This document shows positions 55,794 through 64,000 of a DNA stretch of 64,000 bases, in pieces (within the stretch, counting starts at the first letter, position 1; every line of letters starts with the position of its first letter). Below the pieces are notes generated by a model that worked only from the letters and a program-made list of their open reading frames with translations, searched no databases and was not told where the DNA came from. The DNA is from an uncultured Bacteroidota bacterium (GTDB lineage Bacteria; Bacteroidota; Bacteroidia; Chitinophagales; Chitinophagaceae). The stretch lies in assembly GCA_903929425.1 (NCBI GenBank), contig CAIYUO010000110.1, positions 12,845-76,844 of the forward strand, given 5' to 3'. Made by a program: the position numbers and the translations under genes.

Positions 55794-56525
55794 ATGATTC
55801 AAGTGGAAAATATTCAAAAGGGTGTGATAGAAGGTAATTTTTTATTACTTGCCAGGGCTATTTCTCAAATTGAAAATAATACCAACAATGAGCAGGTATT
55901 GTCAAATGAATTACATCCAAAGGCTGTTCCTGTTATAGGTATTACAGGACCACCAGGGGCAGGGAAAAGCACTTTGATTTCAAAACTAATTGGCGCCCTC
56001 GTGGAAGAGGGGAAAAAAGTAGCAGTATTATCGGTGGATCCTAGTTCAGTGATACATAAGGGGGCTTTATTAGGAGATAGAATAAGAATGAGGGAATGGT
56101 ACTTAAATTCATTTGTATACATTCGTTCACTTGCGAATAGAGGATATTTAGGGGGCTTAAATGAACCCATTGCAGAAATTGTTAAATTACTTCAATCTGT
56201 TGGCTTTGATTATATCATTTTAGAAACCGTAGGTGTGGGGCAGTCCGAGGTGCAGGTTGCGCAAGTTGCTTATCCGACCATTTTAGTTTTAGTGCCAGAA
56301 GCGGGTGATGAAATTCAAATGATGAAATCAGGTTTATTTGAAGTAGCTAATATTTTTGTTGTCAATAAAGCGGACCGTCCTGATGCTGAACAATTCGTGT
56401 ATCATTTACATCAAGCACTTTCTCAACGCATTGGAATCAAAACCAATGTTGTACAAACTATTGCCAATACCGGTGTAGGCATTTCGGAATTATTAACGGT
56501 TATAAAAACCTATTATGAATTTTAA
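55794..56525 (+). CDS. meaB: MeaB/ArgK-family G3E GTPase (short form)
   Basis: GPPGAGKST, VDPSS, GDRIRM, ETVGVGQSE, NKAD. Confidence 0.85.
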   Translation: MIQVENIQKGVIEGNFLLLARAISQIENNTNNEQVLSNELHPKAVPVIGITGPPGAGKSTLISKLIGALVEEGKKVAVLSVDPSSVIHKGALLGDRIRMREWYLNSFVYIRSLANRGYLGGLNEPIAEIVKLLQSVGFDYIILETVGVGQSEVQVAQVAYPTILVLVPEAGDEIQMMKSGLFEVANIFVVNKADRPDAEQFVYHLHQALSQRIGIKTNVVQTIANTGVGISELLTVIKTYYEF

Positions 56526-57699
56526 AGATATTGGAAATAAATTAGTGGATAATAATAAAATAGCTGCTGCCATTTGGTTTGGTTTAGTATCGATTGCCTT
56601 GTTAGCTGCATTAAATAATCATGCGATCAATAACTTTGTTATTTTCAGACAATCTTATTTTCATTTAATACATGAAACAAATTTATACGTCGAATATATT
56701 TCACAATATTGGGATCATTATTATTACAGTCCAAGTTTTGCTTTATTAGTTTCGCCCTTCTCTTTTTTGCCTACACAATTGGGCGCGTTTGTATGGGGGA
56801 TTTTAGACGCTGGGGTACTTTATTATGCTATTAGACAATTGCCCATTACGGCCCGTCAACAAAATTTCATACTTATATTATCGGCTAATGAAATGATGAA
56901 TGCGGCTTCTAATTTACAAAGCAATGGCATAATGGCTGCTACGATCATACTATCCTTTGTATATTTAATGAAGCAAAAGGAAGTAAAATCATCAGCTATG
57001 ATCATGTTGGGATTTTTTATCAAATTGTATAGTATCACTGGCCTTGCATTTTTCTTTTTCAGTAAGCATAAAAAAACATTTATTATTTCTTTGCTATTTT
57101 GGTTTGTAGTGCTACTCCTAATTCCTTTATTAGCAACAAGTCCTAGTTTTTTGATTCAATCTTATAAGGACTGGGCCGAGGCATTAGCCTTAAAGTCAAA
57201 TTTTGATATGACCCGCGACATGTATCATAATATGGTAGATGTTACGATTCAGGGTATGGTGAAGCGGGTTTTTAATTTACCTAATCTCAATAAATGGTTA
57301 TTTATTATCCCAGGTTTATTGATTTTCGGAGCACAATATTTACAGTATAAATATTTCACTAACTCCATTTACCGACTTTATATGTTATGTTCGGTATTGC
57401 TTTTTATTAATGTATTTAATACAGGTAGCGAGTCTCCCACCTATATCATTGGGGTGACTGCAATTTGTTTATGGTATGTATTGCAAGAAAAAACAAAATG
57501 GAATAACATCCTATTTATAGTATCGATTTTCTTTTCAAGCTTCTCCTATTCAGATTTATTTACACCCTATTTAAGAAACTATGTGATGGTGCCTTATGCA
57601 TTAAAGGTAGTTGGATGTTTTATGGTATGGGTAGTCATCGCCTTCCAAATATTTACACAGCAATTCTTACAACTAAGTGAAGACAAACAAATGAGCTAG
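56515..57699 (+). CDS. GT87/DUF2029 membrane glycosyltransferase
   Basis: NNF.IFR, LY..Y, Y.YSP.FA, QSN, IKLY, SESPT; many TM helices. Confidence 0.82.
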   Translation: MNFKDIGNKLVDNNKIAAAIWFGLVSIALLAALNNHAINNFVIFRQSYFHLIHETNLYVEYISQYWDHYYYSPSFALLVSPFSFLPTQLGAFVWGILDAGVLYYAIRQLPITARQQNFILILSANEMMNAASNLQSNGIMAATIILSFVYLMKQKEVKSSAMIMLGFFIKLYSITGLAFFFFSKHKKTFIISLLFWFVVLLLIPLLATSPSFLIQSYKDWAEALALKSNFDMTRDMYHNMVDVTIQGMVKRVFNLPNLNKWLFIIPGLLIFGAQYLQYKYFTNSIYRLYMLCSVLLFINVFNTGSESPTYIIGVTAICLWYVLQEKTKWNNILFIVSIFFSSFSYSDLFTPYLRNYVMVPYALKVVGCFMVWVVIAFQIFTQQFLQLSEDKQMS

Positions 57700-57902
57700 C
57701 CTTGTTTTTCGTTCTTCCACCATTTAAAGGCGATGTAGCCGATAATTGTAAAAGGCATTGCCGCAAGGTAAATTGTACCCAGGTTGAAGCCCTTTCCAGC
57801 ATCTTCGCCCATTTGGCTTGCCGTTTTGGTGCAAATAGAACATTGTGCATACAAGCTAGCGGTGGTCACTTGTAACATGATAAATAATATAAATCGCTTC
57901 AT
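57696..57902 (-). CDS. Small secreted/membrane protein with AQCSIC motif
   Basis: Signal peptide, QCxxC, GFN.G..YL..P, TM helix and basic tail. Confidence 0.7.
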   Translation of the reverse strand: MKRFILFIMLQVTTASLYAQCSICTKTASQMGEDAGKGFNLGTIYLAAMPFTIIGYIAFKWWKNEKQG

Positions 57903-57920
57903 AATATGCAAAATTAGTAT

Positions 57921-57952
57921 AAAAAAACCCGAACATACGGTGTAGGTTCGGG
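57921..57952 (-). terminator. Terminator after thx
   Basis: CCCGAAC...GTTCGGG stem with A7 on the plus strand. Confidence 0.7.
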
Positions 57953-57978
57953 GAATCTTATAAATTGTCTAGAAATGC

Positions 57979-58092
57979 TTAAGCGCTTGCTTTAGTAGCT
58001 TTCTTTGATTTGGCAACTTTGTGTGGTCTGCTTTTGCCAAATGAACCAATTGTTCTTTTTCCTTTTGCTGTTTTTCTATCTCCTCTACCCAT
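57979..58092 (-). CDS. thx: 30S ribosomal protein THX (37 aa; not in ORF track)
   Basis: MGRGDRKTAKGKRTIGSFGKSRPHKVAKSKKATKASA*; MGxGDxKTxKGK...S.GK.RP signature; TATTTTTG promoter motif at 58123-58130. Confidence 0.9.
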   Translation of the reverse strand: MGRGDRKTAKGKRTIGSFGKSRPHKVAKSKKATKASA

Positions 58093-58130
58093 GATAATAA
58101 GTTTAATTTAGTGATTGGATAGCAAAAATA

Positions 58131-58159
58131 AAAAAACCCCCTGACATTAGGGGGTTTTT
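58131..58159 (-). terminator. Terminator after hup
   Basis: AAAAACCCCCT-gacatt-AGGGGGTTTTT. Confidence 0.8.
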
Positions 58160-58177
58160 ACTGAAATAAATTTCAGA

Positions 58178-58447
58178 CTATAATTTTCCGCTTAATTCTT
58201 TACCAGCCTTGAATTTAGCAACTTTTTTAGCTTTAATTTTGATTGTAGCACCTGTTTGTGGGTTACGACCAGTTCTTGCAGCACGCTTAGATACTGAAAA
58301 AGTACCAAAACCTACTAAAGTTACTTTATCACCTTTTTTCAAAGATTTAGTTACTGCTTCGATAAATGCATCTAAAGCTGCATTTGCTGATGTTTTTGTT
58401 AATTCTGCGCTGTCCGCAATGTGTGCGATTAATTCTGCTTTGTTCAT
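58178..58447 (-). CDS. hup: DNA-binding protein HU
   Basis: [35 protein letters not shown]. Confidence 0.97.
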   Translation of the reverse strand: MNKAELIAHIADSAELTKTSANAALDAFIEAVTKSLKKGDKVTLVGFGTFSVSKRAARTGRNPQTGATIKIKAKKVAKFKAGKELSGKL

Positions 58448-58544
58448 AAATGTGTTTTTTATAGTTTTAAACGATATGACAAATTTATTAGGTTTTATGA
58501 AACGAAAAAATATTTTACTAATTATTTTTGTTTTTATTTTTCCA

Positions 58545-58687
58545 CCAAAACCCTTAAATAGTAAGCTTTTGACCAGCTATTAGGTACAATTGATTTTTGT
58601 CATATACATTATAAAATGAATGAAACCCTTTCTGTCAAAGGGTTTCATAAATATAAATGCTGAAAACTAAGCCTGATAAGGGTTTGG
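58545..58687. repeat. Array of three 23-bp AAACCCTT-N7-AAGGGTTT-type sites
   Basis: Four exact half-sites at 58548-55, 58623-30, 58638-45 and 58678-85. Confidence 0.65.
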
Positions 58688-58707
58688 CAAGAATAATCTA
58701 TCCACAA

Positions 58708-59010
58708 TCAATTCACAATTTTCATTGTCGTAATAAAGTGAAAACATTGATTTCCCCAGGTATTTTGAAGTTCATCCATGATGGATGATGCGATATTTAC
58801 TTGGTAATTTTCCATTTTTTCTTCCGAGGAAGTGAATAGTTGAAGGGTATAAGTGGGTGCTTGGTCTTCCAAAACGTTTATTTCATAAAACTTTTGATCT
58901 TCAAAAATGTCAGTGGAATTTACCATGGGCATGAATTTGCTTTTCATCCATTGTAACCATAGTTCTTGCTGCATTGGGTCAATTTGAAAACTAATATTAT
59001 AAACGTACAT
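58708..59010 (-). CDS. DUF4286 family protein
   Basis: YVYNISF.I, WL.WM, TY..Q, F.T.M..V. Confidence 0.78.
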   Translation of the reverse strand: MYVYNISFQIDPMQQELWLQWMKSKFMPMVNSTDIFEDQKFYEINVLEDQAPTYTLQLFTSSEEKMENYQVNIASSIMDELQNTWGNQCFHFITTMKIVN

Positions 59011-59012
59011 GG

Positions 59013-59786
59013 CTATTTATTTTTTAAGGCTAATTCAATAGGGCAATGATCACTATGTTTTACCATGGGTAAAATAGTAGCTGATTGAATCCTATTTTTT
59101 AACTCATTTGTTGTACATAAATAATCAATTCTCCAACCTTTATTTTTAAGTCTTACGGATGGGAATCGCTGGCTCCACCATGAATACGCACCAGTAGTGG
59201 TTGGATTAATATGTCTATAACTATCTATCCAACCTGCTGCAATGAATTGATCCATCCAGGCTTTTTCTTCAGGTAAAAATCCAGATGATTTTTTATTTCC
59301 TTTTGGATCATGAATGTCAATATCGCAATGTGCAATATTATAATCACCAGCAACAATAATATTAGGTCTTTCTTTTTTTAATTTTTCAATCCAACTATTA
59401 AATTCTGTCAACCATTGATATTTATAATTTTGTCGCTCATCACCACTCGTACCCGAAGGGAAGTAGCAATTTACAATGGTAAGGTCGTCAATATCAATCC
59501 GAATTACCCTTCCTTCATAATCACTCATTTCATAACCATTCCCATATACAATTTGACTTGGCTTTTTTTTACTAAATATAGCCACCCCACTATAACCTTT
59601 TTTTTGTGCTGGATACCAGGCAACGTGATAACCTAATTCAGTAAATAAATTCAAGTCAATATCATCAGGGGTAGCCTTGGTTTCTTGAATACATAATACG
59701 TCGATAGGATAAGATTTTAACCAGTCCATTAAACCTTTTTTAATGGCGGCACGAATACCATTTACATTATAACTTACAATTCTCAT
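59013..59786 (-). CDS. xth: Exodeoxyribonuclease III
   Basis: SYNVNGIRA, QETK, KGYSGVA, EGR, Y.PSG, GDYNIAH, WRIDY, SDHCP. Confidence 0.96.
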   Translation of the reverse strand: MRIVSYNVNGIRAAIKKGLMDWLKSYPIDVLCIQETKATPDDIDLNLFTELGYHVAWYPAQKKGYSGVAIFSKKKPSQIVYGNGYEMSDYEGRVIRIDIDDLTIVNCYFPSGTSGDERQNYKYQWLTEFNSWIEKLKKERPNIIVAGDYNIAHCDIDIHDPKGNKKSSGFLPEEKAWMDQFIAAGWIDSYRHINPTTTGAYSWWSQRFPSVRLKNKGWRIDYLCTTNELKNRIQSATILPMVKHSDHCPIELALKNK

Positions 59787-59799
59787 TTTATAAAATAAA

Positions 59800-61182
59800 T
59801 TAATTAGGACTTTGAAATAATTCGCCGTATGCCATTAATAATAATAAATTATTTATGTTGCTATTACTGATCTTTGATAGGTTAACCATTTGCTTTGGTT
59901 TTTTATTTCCTTCCATAACCATGATTATTTTATGATCTAATAATATTGTTTTTAACTGTTGCCCATTATCAAACTGAATACTAAATTCTTGTCCATATGC
60001 TTTGCCTGTTATGACATTAGTATGTATGATTGGAAAACTGTTTGTGGCTTCTATGATTTCAAATTGCTTTGTTGAGTCATAGCCGTTATAAATTTTATGT
60101 GGGTAGTAAAATTTATCCTTTTCAGTTACCCCATGCTGCACTGTAAAATAACCAATACTGTCTTTCCCATCGTATATTATATTAGGTATTTCTGACAAAA
60201 ACTGTAGTGCTGATGTTTGCGATAATTCAGCATTGTTATTGAAATTCGTATTAAATTCAATGTTGGCATTTAAAGTGTAATCTTTATTTCCATTGACATC
60301 TCTTAAGGGTTGAATGATCTTATAATATTCTTTGCTATTTAAATTAGCTCTTGTTTTTTTAATCGTGTTTATTAAATTAGCATAGGGGTAGTTGATGTCT
60401 TTATTTTTCAAATCTATTTTTGTAAGACTTGCATTTGGTATACGCAATAATTGCATCCCAGCGGTACTTACATAACTCATAAACCCACTAGTGGTATCAA
60501 ACATAATTCTGGGTTGGTTATGAATTACAGGCATCCAGTAGTTATCAGTTGCAAAGGCGGTATGAGGCACTGCGGCTTCCATAAATTCCATATTATCAAT
60601 GTCCTTACTTATTAATTGAATGCCTTTGTTGATAGCTTGATATAAAGTATTAGGTGTCGTGACTACCCAATTGCTTGGGTATCCAATGCCTAAAGACGGA
60701 ACGGGTATAATACCTAATAAAATTGTTTTTTGAAAAATTCGTTGATGTTCCTGATTAAATATACCAACAACCAATGCCCAAACTGCTTGTATACTGTCTT
60801 TTTTAGATTCACTTACTTTGACTAATTTATTTTCATAAGTCGTTTCAGGATCTAATTCATATAATTCCAAATAAGCATGATAAGGAATGTTTCTGGTTGC
60901 TTCCCAATTAAGGGTGATTTTCCCCACTTGGTTTTGTTTGGTCAATGTTTTTTTAACTGTTAAAAATGAGGTGAGGCGCTGTAAATTACTTTCTTTAAAT
61001 ATGCCAGCATCCAATGCCTTTTGAATACCTGTAATATCATCAGGTAATTGCCAATATTTTGCATTTGGATTCAAGCTTGAATATACTTGTATCTGTTCCA
61101 ATACAACTGTTGATTGGCCGAAACCATTTGAGTGAATGAATAGTAAAATAAATAGGGGTAGAAAATATTTAATGGGCTTCAT
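59800..61182 (-). CDS. Secreted hypothetical protein (about 460 aa)
   Basis: Long ORF with Sec-type signal (MKPIKYFLPLFILLFIHSNGFG); no motif recognised. Confidence 0.7.
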   Translation of the reverse strand: MKPIKYFLPLFILLFIHSNGFGQSTVVLEQIQVYSSLNPNAKYWQLPDDITGIQKALDAGIFKESNLQRLTSFLTVKKTLTKQNQVGKITLNWEATRNIPYHAYLELYELDPETTYENKLVKVSESKKDSIQAVWALVVGIFNQEHQRIFQKTILLGIIPVPSLGIGYPSNWVVTTPNTLYQAINKGIQLISKDIDNMEFMEAAVPHTAFATDNYWMPVIHNQPRIMFDTTSGFMSYVSTAGMQLLRIPNASLTKIDLKNKDINYPYANLINTIKKTRANLNSKEYYKIIQPLRDVNGNKDYTLNANIEFNTNFNNNAELSQTSALQFLSEIPNIIYDGKDSIGYFTVQHGVTEKDKFYYPHKIYNGYDSTKQFEIIEATNSFPIIHTNVITGKAYGQEFSIQFDNGQQLKTILLDHKIIMVMEGNKKPKQMVNLSKISNSNINNLLLLMAYGELFQSPN

Positions 61183-61271
61183 TTGCTTAAATATACAGTT
61201 CAAATTTAACTTATTTCACGAACAAGAGTACATATTTTATGATAACTTTATCAAAGGACAATAAACATAAA

Positions 61272-62024
61272 ATGAGTCAAGAAATAAAAAAGGGTTACCG
61301 AAAAAGAATTATACCTGCAAGTCATAAAAATTATAATCTGGAAGGACCAAAAACAAGAATACATGAGTTAAAATTCGCTTTTGATATATTTGTACAATTT
61401 ATAAAAGGATTTAGAACCCTTCACTTTGTAGGACCTTGCATAACTGTTTTTGGCTCTGCTCGGTTTAAGGAGGACCATCCATTTTATATAAAAGCCAGAC
61501 AGATTGGGAAGGGGATAGCTTCATTAGGGTTAACAACCATGACAGGCGGGGGCCCAGGCATTATGGAAGCTGCTAATAGAGGCGCATTTGAAGCCGGTGG
61601 AAAATCTATTGGATGTAATATTAAATTACCTTTTGAACAGCAACCGAATCCATACACACAGGTCTCATTGACGATTAATTATTTTTTTATCAGAAAAGTG
61701 TTGATGGTAAAATATTCTTATGCATTTATAATTATGCCTGGTGGTTTTGGAACGATGGATGAATTTTTCGAAACCCTTACTTTAGTCCAAACTAAAGTGA
61801 TCAATGATTTTCCAATTGTGGTAATGGGTCAAGCCTACTATAAACCTTTAATTGATTGGATGGAACAGATGATAGATAATGGAACTATTTCGGAAGAAGA
61901 TAAAAAGTTTATTTTGTTTACAGATGACGAAGATGAAGCCATTGAGCATATATCAAAATATGTTCAGCATAACTATAAAGTTAAACCTCGTAAACGCTTA
62001 TGGTGGTTATTAGAAAAAGTATAA
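61272..62024 (+). CDS. LOG family (TIGR00730 Rossmann-fold) nucleotide-binding protein
   Basis: VFGSARF, TGGGPGIMEAANRGA, F.RK, PGGFGTMDE; start uncertain (61239 or 61272). Confidence 0.92.
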   Translation: MSQEIKKGYRKRIIPASHKNYNLEGPKTRIHELKFAFDIFVQFIKGFRTLHFVGPCITVFGSARFKEDHPFYIKARQIGKGIASLGLTTMTGGGPGIMEAANRGAFEAGGKSIGCNIKLPFEQQPNPYTQVSLTINYFFIRKVLMVKYSYAFIIMPGGFGTMDEFFETLTLVQTKVINDFPIVVMGQAYYKPLIDWMEQMIDNGTISEEDKKFILFTDDEDEAIEHISKYVQHNYKVKPRKRLWWLLEKV

Positions 62025-62034
62025 CTAATTATAT

Positions 62035-64000
62035 TTACTCAATGACTGGTTGTAACCACCTAGTAATATATTCCAATGATTGTTGTTTACGTTTTGCATA
62101 ATCTTTAACCTGATCTTGCTGAATTTTACCTAATCCAAAGTACTGACTTTGTGGGTTAGCGAAATACCAACCACAAACGCTTGAAGCAGGATACATGGCT
62201 AGACTCTCCGTTAAAGTAATGCCAGTATGTTTCTCCGCTTCTAATAAATTAAATAAAGTGTACTTTTCGGTATGGTCAGGACAAGCAGGGTAGCCAGGAG
62301 CAGGACGAATACCCACATAATTTTCCTTGATTAATTCATCATTACCCAATTGTTCGTCTTTTACATAACCCCAAAATTCTTTTCTAGTTTTAGCATGTAA
62401 ATATTCGGCAAATGCTTCTGCTAATCGATCGGCCAAGGCTTGTAAAATAATTTTATTATAATCATCAAGATTTTCTTCAAAAACTTTAATGTGCTTTTCA
62501 ATGCCGTGAATAGTCACTGCAAATGCCCCCAAATAATCCTTTTTATTTTCGCTAGTAGGACAAATAAAATCAGCTAGCGAAAAGTTAGGTTGACCTGCCG
62601 CTTTTTTTGATTGTTGTCTTAAAAAATGCAATTGCGTTTTGTCGGAACCATTATATATGGTTACATCATCACCATCACTACCTGCTTCCCAAAAACCAAC
62701 AGCTCCTTTTGCTGTTAACCATTTTTCTTTAACAATGGTATCTAACAATGCGTTGGCATCTGCATATAATTTGCTTGCTACTTCTCCAACTGTAGCGTCG
62801 GTTAAGATAGCTGGGAAATTGCCATGTAATTCCCATGCGATAAAAAATGGTTTCCAGTCAATATAATCTACTAACACCGATAAGTCAGTTATTTCAATGG
62901 CTTTATTGCCTGTGAAAGTAGGGGTAGTTGCTTGAAATTGATTCCAATCAATTTGCATTTTATTTTGTAATGCCTCCGCATATGGAGTAAATTGTTTCAC
63001 CGTTTTTTTATTATCAAAGTCCGCCTTTAATTGTACATATTCCTTTTCCAAATTTCCTAAGAACCCTGCTTTTTGATCCTTACTTAAAAGTGATCCTGCT
63101 ACGGTAACACTTCTTGAGGCGTCCAAAACGTGTATTACGCCATCGTTGTATTCAGGTGCAATTTTCACAGCAGTATGCATACGAGATGTGGTGGCTCCAC
63201 CAATCATTAAAGGAATGTTCATGCCTCGGCGCTTCATTTCCTTTGCGATATATACCATCTCGTCTAAGGAGGGTGTGATCAATCCGCTCAATCCTATAAT
63301 ATCAACATCGTGTTTTATCGCTTCCGCTAAAATTTTATCAGCTGGTACCATTACGCCAATATCAATAATTTCATAACCATTACAACCTAAAACTACGCCC
63401 ACAATATTTTTCCCAATATCATGCACATCCCCCTTAACAGTTGCTAATAAAATTTTTGCAGGACCTTTTGTTTTTCCATTTGGATCAGCGGATGCATTTT
63501 TTAATCTTTCTTTTTCTGCTTCAATATATGGAGTTAATACAGCGACACTCTTTTTCATTACCCTTGCACTTTTCACTACTTGTGGTAAAAACATTTTACC
63601 AGCGCCAAATAAGTCACCCACTTGGTTCATACCTGCCATTAATGGTCCTTCAATGACTTCCAATGGTGCACTGTATTTTTGTCTTGCTTCTTCCGTGTCT
63701 TCATCAATAAAATCAGTGATACCATTTATTAAAGAATGTGCTAAACGTTTTTCAACTGTATCGTTCCGCCATGCCAATTTTAACTTATTCGCTTCTTCTG
63801 ATGACTGACCACCATTTTCTCCGCTCGCTTTTAAATTATCGGCATATTGTATTAAGGCTTCGGTTGCTTGGTTATTGTCGTTGTTTTTATTTAAGATTAC
63901 ATCCTCACATAAGTTTCTTAATACAGCATCAATCTCATCATATACGACTAGCTGACCTGCATTTACAATTCCCATGTCCATTCCTGCATTAACAGCATGG
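62035..64000 (-). CDS. metH: B12-dependent methionine synthase, C-terminal part (starts beyond the right edge)
   Basis: [63 protein letters not shown]. Confidence 0.96.
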   Translation of the reverse strand, partial: HAVNAGMDMGIVNAGQLVVYDEIDAVLRNLCEDVILNKNNDNNQATEALIQYADNLKASGENGGQSSEEANKLKLAWRNDTVEKRLAHSLINGITDFIDEDTEEARQKYSAPLEVIEGPLMAGMNQVGDLFGAGKMFLPQVVKSARVMKKSVAVLTPYIEAEKERLKNASADPNGKTKGPAKILLATVKGDVHDIGKNIVGVVLGCNGYEIIDIGVMVPADKILAEAIKHDVDIIGLSGLITPSLDEMVYIAKEMKRRGMNIPLMIGGATTSRMHTAVKIAPEYNDGVIHVLDASRSVTVAGSLLSKDQKAGFLGNLEKEYVQLKADFDNKKTVKQFTPYAEALQNKMQIDWNQFQATTPTFTGNKAIEITDLSVLVDYIDWKPFFIAWELHGNFPAILTDATVGEVASKLYADANALLDTIVKEKWLTAKGAVGFWEAGSDGDDVTIYNGSDKTQLHFLRQQSKKAAGQPNFSLADFICPTSENKKDYLGAFAVTIHGIEKHIKVFEENLDDYNKIILQALADRLAEAFAEYLHAKTRKEFWGYVKDEQLGNDELIKENYVGIRPAPGYPACPDHTEKYTLFNLLEAEKHTGITLTESLAMYPASSVCGWYFANPQSQYFGLGKIQQDQVKDYAKRKQQSLEYITRWLQPVIE

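Noticed and set aside
58620-58648. parS site (contains TGAAAC and GTTTCA)
   Set aside because: The half-sites are in the opposite order and spacing to parS (GTTTCACGTGAAAC).
58448-58707. oriC (AT-rich stretch plus CTATCCACA at 58698-58706)
   Set aside because: Only one imperfect DnaA box and no dnaA/dnaN nearby; rpmH-rnpA-yidD here is also not linked to dnaA.
79-63992. Dozens of 60-226 aa ORFs antisense to or overlapping real genes (e.g. 5339-6019, 22001-22288, 38845-39141, 58209-58583)
   Set aside because: Shadow ORFs on the opposite strand of well-supported genes; no motifs or signal features.
1-64000. tRNA, rRNA, transposase, integrase, prophage or defence genes
   Set aside because: None recognised by eye; spacers are short and explained by promoters or terminators. 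A tRNAscan/Infernal run would confirm.

Overview
A low-GC (roughly one third G+C), gene-dense chromosomal window from a Bacteroidota bacterium, most likely Chitinophagaceae (inferred from gene content and TAnnTTTG promoter motifs). It is mostly core genome: feoB (partial), selD-birA, rsfS-ftsH-lpxH, gldC, an envelope cluster (nadK-porG-uppS-bamA-skp-skp-murI), rpmH-rnpA-yidD, sod, dusB, cdsA-psd, metB, a DHS-like gene, tatC, lptC, coaX, meaB, thx, hup, xth and metH (partial). The main accessory block (about 25.5-36 kb) is a complete-looking oxidative 3-keto-glycoside catabolic cluster. I found no tRNA, rRNA, CRISPR array, transposase or prophage. The ORF track missed feoB, rpmH and the ribosomal protein THX. 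Most notable observations: (1) a short MerR-like DNA-binding protein with an exact beta-clamp-binding motif (QLDLF) at its N-terminus plus an AT-hook-like KRGRK; (2) the 3-keto-glycoside cluster; (3) an array of AAACCCTT-N7-AAGGGTTT sites upstream of hup; (4) selD with no partner gene in the window, overlapping a C-terminally short birA; (5) a 60-bp in-frame insertion in rnpA flanked by direct repeats; (6) several candidate structured non-coding elements and leaderless promoters. All family assignments come from motif recognition by eye, not from database searches.
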